Source of the DNA: Bacteroidales bacterium
Lineage (GTDB): Bacteria > Bacteroidota > Bacteroidia > Bacteroidales > JAAYUG01
Direction of reading: 5' to 3'
Assembly (NCBI GenBank): GCA_012517825.1
Contig: JAAYUG010000028.1
Location: 667 to 64,666, forward strand
Length of the DNA stretch: 64,000 nucleotides
Shown here: positions 27,542 to 35,180 of the stretch, piece by piece
Position numbering within the stretch: position 1 is the stretch's first letter
Layout: every line of letters begins with the position of its first letter
Program-made: the position numbers and the translations under genes
The notes under the pieces: model-generated
Seen by the model: the letters and a program-made list of their open reading frames with translations, nothing else
What the model was told of the DNA's origin: nothing
The model's database searches: none

Positions 27542-29152
27542 TCATCGGACCTTCTCTTTAACCAGCAGTTGAATGCCTTTTACTGAGCGGCAGTTGAGAA
27601 GTTCAGCTTCTGATCCGTTTACCAGGCGGATGGCGGCAAGCTCCTTACGATTAAATGCAGGAACGGCGAATACATCTTGCAGGAGAAGACCCCTGAAATC
27701 ATAAATTGCCAATCCGTCAGAAAAGTAATTGGGCAGGTTATCCGTCCATTTCAGGTTGAAATCTTTTATAACAAGGTTTATTACGCCCTTTGCGAAACAT
27801 CCCGGAATGTCATGGGCAAACAATGCTGAATCGAGAGGATAGGCCGGGCGGAGGTCAAAATTTCCCCCGTAGGATTCGGAATATTTTCCTGGCTCAATAG
27901 ACAGGGTAACATCTTTTAGCGTAATGTTCTCAAGGGGGCTTTCGGATGCACCATAAAGGAGAATTCCGGCACCGCTTTCGGCACGGATGTTGTTAAAGCG
28001 GATATTCCTGATGGTGCCCGCTTTCCCGTTTCGGGAGTCGCGGATAGCCGAAACATGGATTGGTTCGCCTTTTCCCCACCAGTGTCCGCTGTGAAGGCGC
28101 GTATTGATAATGATATTGGAAAATTCAACATTTTCGATATCCGATTTATCGCGGGCAAAGACGCCGATGCCCCTGTTTGATCCGTATATGACAATATTGC
28201 TGAAAACCAGGTTTCGGATGGGATTTTCGCCATAGCCCACCCTGATGCCTGCCGAGCGGGAAGAAAGCACACAGTTGGTTACGGTAACATTTTCGGCATA
28301 GCCTGTTTTGTTACCGGTATTTCTTGATGGATAAGGAATCCGTGATATTTCAGATCCGGAAATCTCATCCCCGAATCCGGTTACGATAATGGCGTCATCG
28401 CCGGCAACAATATCACAGTTGGAGATGCGCACATTGCGGGAGGTGGTGCAGTGGATTCCATCGCTGTTTGGTATCAGCTGATTATTGCGTATGGTAATGC
28501 CTGTAACCAGCACATCTTCGCAGTCGCCTATACGGAATGTCCACTCAGGAGAATCGTAAAACATCAGATCCTGCACGGTAACGTTTTCGCATCGAAGCAT
28601 TACCACCAGCATTCCGGGCCGGTAATTGTATGAAACCGGTCCGTCTTCGATAACAGCTCCCGGTCGCATAAAATCCATACCCTGGCGGGTGAATTTCCTG
28701 TCGAAATCATTCCCTGAATGGGGTTTGTCAATGGAATTCATGAAAAACGTCCCGTTGCCGTTGATGACTCCATGACCGGTGAGGGAAATGTTTTTGCAGT
28801 CGGCAGCGTAAATAAGGCCAAAATGAACATATCCTTCCTGAAACTGATGGGTGGGCATTTTCATATAATCAGCCGTATCGCGGCTTGCAAGGATAACAGC
28901 TCCCGGCTCCAGGTGCAGGTTGATGTTCGACTTCATGACAATGGTTCCTGAATAATAGGTTCCGGCGGGAACATATACAGTACCTCCTCCCCGGGAGGCA
29001 CAAGTGGCAATGGCATCATTAAAGGCTTTGGTGCATAAAGTTTTCCCGTCACCTACCGCACCAAACCGGCACACATCAAAAGAATCATTTTTCCTGCAGT
29101 TTTGGAAAGCAAGAAGGGAACAAACAGAAAGAACAATGAACGAAGTTTTCAT
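27542..29152 (-). CDS. Glycoside hydrolase family 28-like (polygalacturonase/pectate-lyase-fold) secreted protein
   Basis: Signal peptide. FGAVGDGKTLCT N-terminal motif, parallel beta-helix repeats, NSDGIH and AGDDAI acidic catalytic motifs. Confidence 0.8.
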   Translation of the reverse strand: MKTSFIVLSVCSLLAFQNCRKNDSFDVCRFGAVGDGKTLCTKAFNDAIATCASRGGGTVYVPAGTYYSGTIVMKSNINLHLEPGAVILASRDTADYMKMPTHQFQEGYVHFGLIYAADCKNISLTGHGVINGNGTFFMNSIDKPHSGNDFDRKFTRQGMDFMRPGAVIEDGPVSYNYRPGMLVVMLRCENVTVQDLMFYDSPEWTFRIGDCEDVLVTGITIRNNQLIPNSDGIHCTTSRNVRISNCDIVAGDDAIIVTGFGDEISGSEISRIPYPSRNTGNKTGYAENVTVTNCVLSSRSAGIRVGYGENPIRNLVFSNIVIYGSNRGIGVFARDKSDIENVEFSNIIINTRLHSGHWWGKGEPIHVSAIRDSRNGKAGTIRNIRFNNIRAESGAGILLYGASESPLENITLKDVTLSIEPGKYSESYGGNFDLRPAYPLDSALFAHDIPGCFAKGVINLVIKDFNLKWTDNLPNYFSDGLAIYDFRGLLLQDVFAVPAFNRKELAAIRLVNGSEAELLNCRSVKGIQLLVKEKVR

Positions 29153-29295
29153 AAGAGGTTGGTTGTTGGTTAAAATAATTAATTGAATATCAGTTTATTA
29201 TTATTTATTGAAAACCACTAATTTACAGCATCAATTTATCATTTTGTCCGTAAAACTGAATACAGGTTTTTTTATCTTTATCAAAATTTCCTTTT

Positions 29296-30810
29296 ATGAA
29301 GACCAACCGCTATTTTCTTGGAACGCTTTCCGTACTTCGGATTTTAATCGGATGGCATTTTCTCTATGAAGGGATAGTAAAGCTCATGAATCCTTCCTGG
29401 AGCGCCAAAGGGTATCTGGAAAATGCCTATGGATTTCTGGGTGGTTTTTACCATTCCCTGGCGGCTCAGCCCGGTTTGCTGAAAATGGTTGATATACTAA
29501 ACGAATGGGGTCTTACATTGATTGGTCTGGGGCTGATCTTCGGGGTATTCACACGCCTTGCTTCAGGAGCAGGAGTGTTGCTTCTTTTGTTGTATTATTT
29601 TGCCTATCCTCCTTTTGGAGAATCGTTAACTGCCATTACCGAAGGAAATTACTGGATTGTGAATAAAACCCTGCTGGAGGCTTTGACCCTTGCCCTGATT
29701 TTTATTGTCCCCACCGGCAGGTATTGGGGGCTGGATTATTATCTTCAGCGTTTGAGGTCTAAGAAATCCGGAAAAGAAGAAGCCGGCGAGCCGGCCGATG
29801 AAAGACGCAGGGTATTTATACGGAATATAGCAACCTTACCGGTATTTGGCGGGCTGGCCTTTTCAGCTTTCCGGAACAAAGAATGGGAAAAGCCCGATGG
29901 TTTATCAGGAGCTACTGTTCAACTTAATAGATTAAATATCAGTCAGTTGAAAGGAAGCCTGCCCGCGGGTAAAATCGGGGACATGGAAATCAGCCGGTTG
30001 ATTATGGGGTGCAATCTGATAGGTGGTTGGGCTCATGCACGTGATCTGCATTATGTTTCTTCCCTGTTCAGGGCTTACAACACGGAGGCAAAAATAATGG
30101 AAACTTTCTGGCTGGCTGAGCAGGCAGGTATCCGTACCACCTTTATGGTGAACAACTTTTACCCGCTTTTCAATAAGTACAAAAAGCTTTACGGCAGTAA
30201 AATGAAATCAATCTGCCAGGCGCAGTCGACGGTGGATAATATGTATTCCGAAATTGACAAAGCGCTGGAAGCCGGAGCGGATTCCATCTATATTCAGGGG
30301 CACAGTGCCGATGTATATGTTCGTGACGGAATGGCCGAAAAGCTTGGCGACCTGATGGAGTACATTCATCAACACGGACTTTCAGCGGGGATTGGTGCTC
30401 ATTCCATCCAGGTGATTATTAAAAGCGAAGAACTTGGGTTGAACGCTGATTATTATGTAAAGACCTTTCATCATGATAAATACTGGTCGGCGCATCCCCG
30501 TGAAAGAAGAAAGGAATTCCAGGTGGATGTGTTCAATAGTCCTGATCACAATGAATTTCATGACAACCTGTTCGATATTTTCCCGGAGCAGACGGCGGCG
30601 GTGATGGCCGGTGTAAAGAAACCCTGGATTGCTTTCAAGGTATTGGCCGGAGGAGCTATTCCTCCAAAAGACGGCTTCCGGTTTGCTTTTGAAAACGGGG
30701 CTGATTTTATCTGCGTAGGAATGTTTGATTTTCAGGTGGTGGAAGATGTCAATCTGGTAATTGATGTTCTTAACGAATTGCAGGGCAGGCAGAGAGAGTG
30801 GTTTGCTTAA
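29296..30810 (+). CDS. DoxX-family membrane domain fused to an uncharacterised ~300-aa soluble domain
   Basis: The N-terminal ~150 aa (LRILIGWHFLYEGIVKL..., 4 TMs) are DoxX-like. The C-terminal part has an alternating alpha/beta pattern and I recognise no motif in it. Confidence 0.6.
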   Translation: MKTNRYFLGTLSVLRILIGWHFLYEGIVKLMNPSWSAKGYLENAYGFLGGFYHSLAAQPGLLKMVDILNEWGLTLIGLGLIFGVFTRLASGAGVLLLLLYYFAYPPFGESLTAITEGNYWIVNKTLLEALTLALIFIVPTGRYWGLDYYLQRLRSKKSGKEEAGEPADERRRVFIRNIATLPVFGGLAFSAFRNKEWEKPDGLSGATVQLNRLNISQLKGSLPAGKIGDMEISRLIMGCNLIGGWAHARDLHYVSSLFRAYNTEAKIMETFWLAEQAGIRTTFMVNNFYPLFNKYKKLYGSKMKSICQAQSTVDNMYSEIDKALEAGADSIYIQGHSADVYVRDGMAEKLGDLMEYIHQHGLSAGIGAHSIQVIIKSEELGLNADYYVKTFHHDKYWSAHPRERRKEFQVDVFNSPDHNEFHDNLFDIFPEQTAAVMAGVKKPWIAFKVLAGGAIPPKDGFRFAFENGADFICVGMFDFQVVEDVNLVIDVLNELQGRQREWFA

Positions 30811-31442
30811 TTGTGCAGTCGGCCGTCTTTGCTGAATATGTTCTGAAGATGCAACGGGGGAATCAGGTGAATTGTCTGGATGCCCAGTGCAGCAGCAGCC
30901 CGGATGTTTTCTTCTGCATCATCAATAAAAAGCGTCTCATCGGGACGCAGTCCATTAACCTGAAGGACGTATTCAAAGATTTCCCGGTGGGGTTTATTCA
31001 TTCCCAGCTTATGGGAAAGAAAAACTCCTTCAAAGAATTCTTCCATGGATTTGCCTGATTTATTAGAAAACATGGCTGAATACAGAGGGGTATGCATGGC
31101 ATTGGTGTTGCTCAGCAGGAAGGTACGGTAATGTTCTTTAACTTTCCACAGAACGGTAAGATTTTCGGCAGGAATATCCAGCAGCATGGCATTCCACGCA
31201 TCATCTATGGCTGAAGGCGGGGTTCCGGGGTGGGCATATTTCAGAAGGGCCTGTCGGAATTCATCTGTACTGATGCGGCCGGTCTCGTAGTCCTCAAGAA
31301 TATTTTCGCGCACGATGTTCCGGTAAACTTCTTCTGCCTTTCCGTTCCACATGGCTATAAATTTTGCACGGGTACGCTCCGGGTCAATGTTCAGGATAAC
31401 CCCACCGAGATCGAAAATGATATTTTGTATCAATGCATTCAT
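30807..31442 (-). CDS. HAD-superfamily hydrolase (subfamily IA)
   Basis: Motif I IIFDLGGVIL, LLSNTN (motif II), FIDDAEENI (motif IV). The start at the internal ATG (MNALIQN...) fits a -7 box 25 nt upstream. Confidence 0.8.
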   Translation of the reverse strand: MNALIQNIIFDLGGVILNIDPERTRAKFIAMWNGKAEEVYRNIVRENILEDYETGRISTDEFRQALLKYAHPGTPPSAIDDAWNAMLLDIPAENLTVLWKVKEHYRTFLLSNTNAMHTPLYSAMFSNKSGKSMEEFFEGVFLSHKLGMNKPHREIFEYVLQVNGLRPDETLFIDDAEENIRAAAALGIQTIHLIPPLHLQNIFSKDGRLHN

Positions 31443-31466
31443 GTTACCTGATTCTGCAACAGAATA

Positions 31467-31474
31467 CAAAAATA
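31467..31474 (-). promoter_or_regulatory. Bacteroidota-type -7 promoter box (TATTTTTG on the minus strand)
   Basis: Plus-strand CAAAAATA, 25 nt upstream of the HAD ATG at 31442. Confidence 0.4.
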
Positions 31475-31499
31475 CTTTTTTATCACCATTAATTCGGGA

Positions 31500-31507
31500 T
31501 AACTTTG
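31500..31507 (+). promoter_or_regulatory. Bacteroidota-type -7 promoter box (TAACTTTG) for the ATPase/TOPRIM-like pair
   Basis: Matches TAnnTTTG, 38 nt upstream of the ATG at 31545. Confidence 0.45.
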
Positions 31508-31544
31508 TTATTTTTACATTGAGTTAGGATTTTTATGAATATTT

Positions 31545-32717
31545 ATGAGAATTTCGAAAATTAAACTTGTCAACTGGAAAAACTTTAAAAGAGCTGAGGT
31601 TGATTTAGAATACAGAGTCTTTTTAGTAGGTCCGAATGCCTGTGGTAAAAGTAATTTCCTTGATGCAATTCGTTTTTTGCGTGATATTGTACGACAGGGA
31701 GGAAGTTTGCAGGAAGCAGTTCAATTAAGGGATGGTGTTTCAACAATTCGCTGTACTGCTGCAAGAAAGAATTCAGATGTAACAATAGGAATTGTTCTGA
31801 ATGATATTGATGACAAACCGGAATGGGAATACGAACTTTCTTTTAATCAGACCGGAGGGGGGATTACTGATCTGAGGGCTATTGTAAAAAGGGAATATCT
31901 AAGGAATCTAAAAACAGGCCGGACTTTTATCGATAGAAAGCGGGACAGGGAACCCAATGATTACCTTCTCGGATTTACACATATTGAGCAGGCAACGATA
32001 AATAAGGATTTTCAGTCGTTTGTCGAATTTTTGAATGAAATTAGTTATTTACATCTGATTCCGCAACTCATCAGGGAACCAAGTTCTTTTTTGAAAGCTA
32101 CAAAAGGAGAAGATTATTATGGCCGGGATTTCTTTGACCGAATCAGTAAACTTAATCTGAAGACCCGTAATTCATATATCAGAAAAATAGAAAAACTTTT
32201 ACAAATTGTTGTTCCTCAGCTTGAAAAGCTTGTTTTAATTACGGATGAAAAAGGAATTCCGCATTTTGAGGCCAACTTCAGTCAATGGAGGCCCCATGGA
32301 GCAAAACAAATAGAAAAACATTTTTCTGATGGTACTTTGCGCCTTATCGGATTGTTCTGGGCTTTGCTCGATGGGAACAAAACGTTGCTACTGGAAGAAC
32401 CGGAGTTGTCTCTTCATAGTGCCGTAATTTCGCAACTTCCTGACGTTATTTATCAGTTTCAGAAAAGAAAAAATACGCGAAGACAGGTAATTGTTACCAC
32501 GCATAGTTACGATCTGCTTAATAACAAAGGAATCAGTCCAGAAGAGGTTATTCTGGTTGAACCTGAAGGAAAGGAAGGAAGCATTGTGCATCTTTCAGCT
32601 AAATTACCTGAAATTAAGGCATTGTTGCAGAGCGGAAACCTTTCCATTGCCGATGCAGTTATTCATCGCACTGCGCCGGCCGATGCGCATCAACTTTCAT
32701 TGTTTAACGAGTTATGA
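31545..32717 (+). CDS. Soluble ABC-type (RecF/SMC/OLD-like, AAA_15/AAA_21-like) ATPase
   Basis: Walker A GPNACGKSN (K35) within the first 40 aa, signature-like FSDGTLRLIGL, Walker B TLLLEEPELSLH, H-loop VTTHS. No TM segments. Confidence 0.85.
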   Translation: MRISKIKLVNWKNFKRAEVDLEYRVFLVGPNACGKSNFLDAIRFLRDIVRQGGSLQEAVQLRDGVSTIRCTAARKNSDVTIGIVLNDIDDKPEWEYELSFNQTGGGITDLRAIVKREYLRNLKTGRTFIDRKRDREPNDYLLGFTHIEQATINKDFQSFVEFLNEISYLHLIPQLIREPSSFLKATKGEDYYGRDFFDRISKLNLKTRNSYIRKIEKLLQIVVPQLEKLVLITDEKGIPHFEANFSQWRPHGAKQIEKHFSDGTLRLIGLFWALLDGNKTLLLEEPELSLHSAVISQLPDVIYQFQKRKNTRRQVIVTTHSYDLLNNKGISPEEVILVEPEGKEGSIVHLSAKLPEIKALLQSGNLSIADAVIHRTAPADAHQLSLFNEL

Positions 32718-33322
32718 TGGAAGTGCAGCTTGTAGTGGAAGACAGACTCCAGGATGTTGCATTGAGGCGCATTCTTCATAAGTATAAACCGGAAGTTTTT
32801 ATAAGGCCTACAGCCGGTCTGAGAGGTATTGATTACATTCGTGGAAAGATTGAAGACTACAACAGGGCTTCCGAGTTTTGCCACTATATTGTCCTTATTG
32901 ATCTTGATAAAGAAGAGTGTGCTCCGGATATGATCAGGAGGTGGATAACGTTTCCCTCTAAGAACTCATTTTATTTTAGAATTGCTGTTAGAGAAATAGA
33001 AGCCTGGTTAATTGCCGACCGAAAAGGATTTTCGAAATTTCTGTCAATCCCTATTAGCTGGATTCCATTAAATTCTGAAAATATTATAAATCCCAAGGAA
33101 GTAATAATTTCCTGGGCTCGTCAATCCAGGAAAAGAAAAATTAAAGGATTGATACCGGCAGGAAGCTCTTCCATTGGACCTGCATATAACAGCTTACTTT
33201 CAGATTTTGTCCAGTATCACTGGGATATCGATGAAGCATGCATGCACAATAAAAGCCTTAGACGGGCTGTGGACAGAATAAAAGTAATCAAAGTTGATAA
33301 TGGAATCTCTCCAAATTCATAA
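32714..33322 (+). CDS. Small TOPRIM-like protein (DUF4276/RloB/AriB-like by motif pattern)
   Basis: 202 aa. N-terminal strand + acidic pair VVED (E9/D10), LIDLD (D63/D65), REIEAWLIAD (E94/E96/W98). The ATG overlaps the ATPase TGA (ATGA at 32714-32717). The family call is by eye only. Confidence 0.55.
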   Translation: MMEVQLVVEDRLQDVALRRILHKYKPEVFIRPTAGLRGIDYIRGKIEDYNRASEFCHYIVLIDLDKEECAPDMIRRWITFPSKNSFYFRIAVREIEAWLIADRKGFSKFLSIPISWIPLNSENIINPKEVIISWARQSRKRKIKGLIPAGSSSIGPAYNSLLSDFVQYHWDIDEACMHNKSLRRAVDRIKVIKVDNGISPNS

Positions 33323-34382
33323 AGAAGGAAACAACTGTGTAATTCATATTATTGATCAGCGTTTTCTTCCTTTTGAACTAATAACGGAAGCTCTGAAGAC
33401 AGAGGATGACTGTTTGATGGCCATACGTGATATGCATGTACGGGGGGCTCCTCTCATTGGTGTTACTGCAGCATTCGGCGTTTACCTCGGGCTTTTGCAT
33501 TGCAGGGAAGCAGGTTATGATCTCTGTTGTGATACTGTTGTAAGGAAGCTGGCCACAGCCCGTCCCACGGCTGTTAATCTGTTCCATGCACTGGAATTTA
33601 TAAAGGATACCGTAAGGAAGGAGCCACGGGAGGAAGCCAAGCCGGAGGCAGCTTTCCGTGCGGCCTGCACTTTAATGGAGAGGGAAATATCAGCTTGTCG
33701 CAGCATTGGGGAAAATGGTTTGCCGTTAATAGAAGAGGCAAGCAGGCTGAAAAAAGGAAGGCCTGTGAACATTCTCACCCATTGTAATGCGGGCTGGCTG
33801 GCCTGTATCCGCTATGGGACCGCTACAGCTCCTGTGTATCTGGCTCACGAAAAAGGAATACCCGTGCATGTTTGGGTGGATGAAACGCGCCCATTAAACC
33901 AGGGTTCCCGGCTTACTGCATGGGAACTGGAACAGGCAGGAGTTCCATATACCGTGATTACTGATAATGCGGGAGGTTATCTTATGCAGAAAGGGCTGGT
34001 GGATATGGTGATTGTAGGAAGTGACCGCGTGTGCATGAATGGCGATATTGCCAATAAAACAGGCACATACCTGAAAGCACTTGCCGCCTCCGACAACCGT
34101 ATTCCCTTTTATGTGGCGTTTCCTTCTTCCACCATTGATCCAATGCTCGAAAGCGGTGAGACGATTCCCATAGAAGAAAGATCTCCCGACGAGGTGCATT
34201 TTATAACAGGTTTTGGGGAAGGGTTCCTTCAAAAAGTAAGGATAACCCCGTTTCCTTCAGAGGCAAATAATCCTGCCTTTGACATCACACCAGCCCGGCT
34301 GATAACAGCTTTTATAACGGAAAGAGGGGTTTGCCGGCCTCACCGGAAAGATATTCTGCGATTATTCCCGGAAATAGCGTAA
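33294..34382 (+). CDS. mtnA: S-methyl-5-thioribose-1-phosphate isomerase
   Basis: ...IIDQRFLP...I..M.VRGAPLIGV.AA.G..., HCNAG.LA, GSDRV..NGD.ANK.GTY. The start may be 33300. Confidence 0.9.
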   Translation: MIMESLQIHKEGNNCVIHIIDQRFLPFELITEALKTEDDCLMAIRDMHVRGAPLIGVTAAFGVYLGLLHCREAGYDLCCDTVVRKLATARPTAVNLFHALEFIKDTVRKEPREEAKPEAAFRAACTLMEREISACRSIGENGLPLIEEASRLKKGRPVNILTHCNAGWLACIRYGTATAPVYLAHEKGIPVHVWVDETRPLNQGSRLTAWELEQAGVPYTVITDNAGGYLMQKGLVDMVIVGSDRVCMNGDIANKTGTYLKALAASDNRIPFYVAFPSSTIDPMLESGETIPIEERSPDEVHFITGFGEGFLQKVRITPFPSEANNPAFDITPARLITAFITERGVCRPHRKDILRLFPEIA

Positions 34383-34402
34383 CTTTACAAATTCAGAACG
34401 TT

Positions 34403-35155
34403 ATGAAAAAAATTGGAATTATTGGTGGCACAGGTCTTGAAAATCCTGATATACTTAAAAATGCCAGAATTGTTACACAGGCCACTCCTTTCGGAGTAAC
34501 CAGTTCAGATATTAAAACCGGTCAGATCAACGGGGTGGAAGTAGTTTTGCTTTCCCGGCATGGCGAGAAACATACCATTCCGCCTTCAAAAGTGAATAAT
34601 CAGGCCAATATTTTTGCTTTAAAGAAACTCGGATGCACCCACATTCTGGCAACAACGGCATGTGGAAGCCTGCGCGATGAAATTGGGCGGGGTGAGCTGG
34701 TATTTCCCGATCAGTTTATTGATTTTACAAGGCACCGTGCTGTAACATTTTACGATGAGTTCCGTCCGGGAGAGTTGAAGCATACGCCCATGGCTGAGCC
34801 GTTCGACAGAAATCTGCGGAATATACTCATCAGGAAGGCAAAAGAACTGGGCATTGTATATCATCCGAAAGGTACGGTTATTACCATTGAAGGGCCTCGT
34901 TTCAGCACCCGGGCCGAATCAAGAATGTTCAGAATGTGGGGAGCTGATATCATCAACATGTCAACAGCCCCGGAAGCTATCCTGGCCAATGAGGCAGGGA
35001 TACCCTATGCTGTTGTTGCCATGAGCACCGATTTCGATTCATGGAAAGAAGACGAAGACCCTGTGACCTGGGAAGATGTGCTTAAAATCTTCGACCGCAA
35101 CGTTCACAATGTAATCAATCTTATTCTTGCCGTCCTTCCTGAGATCGGTGACTAA
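34403..35155 (+). CDS. mtnP: S-methyl-5'-thioadenosine phosphorylase
   Basis: MKKIGIIGGTGL..., LSRHG..H.I.PS.VN..ANI.ALK.LG, INMST.PEA.LA.E. Confidence 0.9.
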   Translation: MKKIGIIGGTGLENPDILKNARIVTQATPFGVTSSDIKTGQINGVEVVLLSRHGEKHTIPPSKVNNQANIFALKKLGCTHILATTACGSLRDEIGRGELVFPDQFIDFTRHRAVTFYDEFRPGELKHTPMAEPFDRNLRNILIRKAKELGIVYHPKGTVITIEGPRFSTRAESRMFRMWGADIINMSTAPEAILANEAGIPYAVVAMSTDFDSWKEDEDPVTWEDVLKIFDRNVHNVINLILAVLPEIGD

Positions 35156-35180
35156 CATCATTTAATCATTACAAATCATT

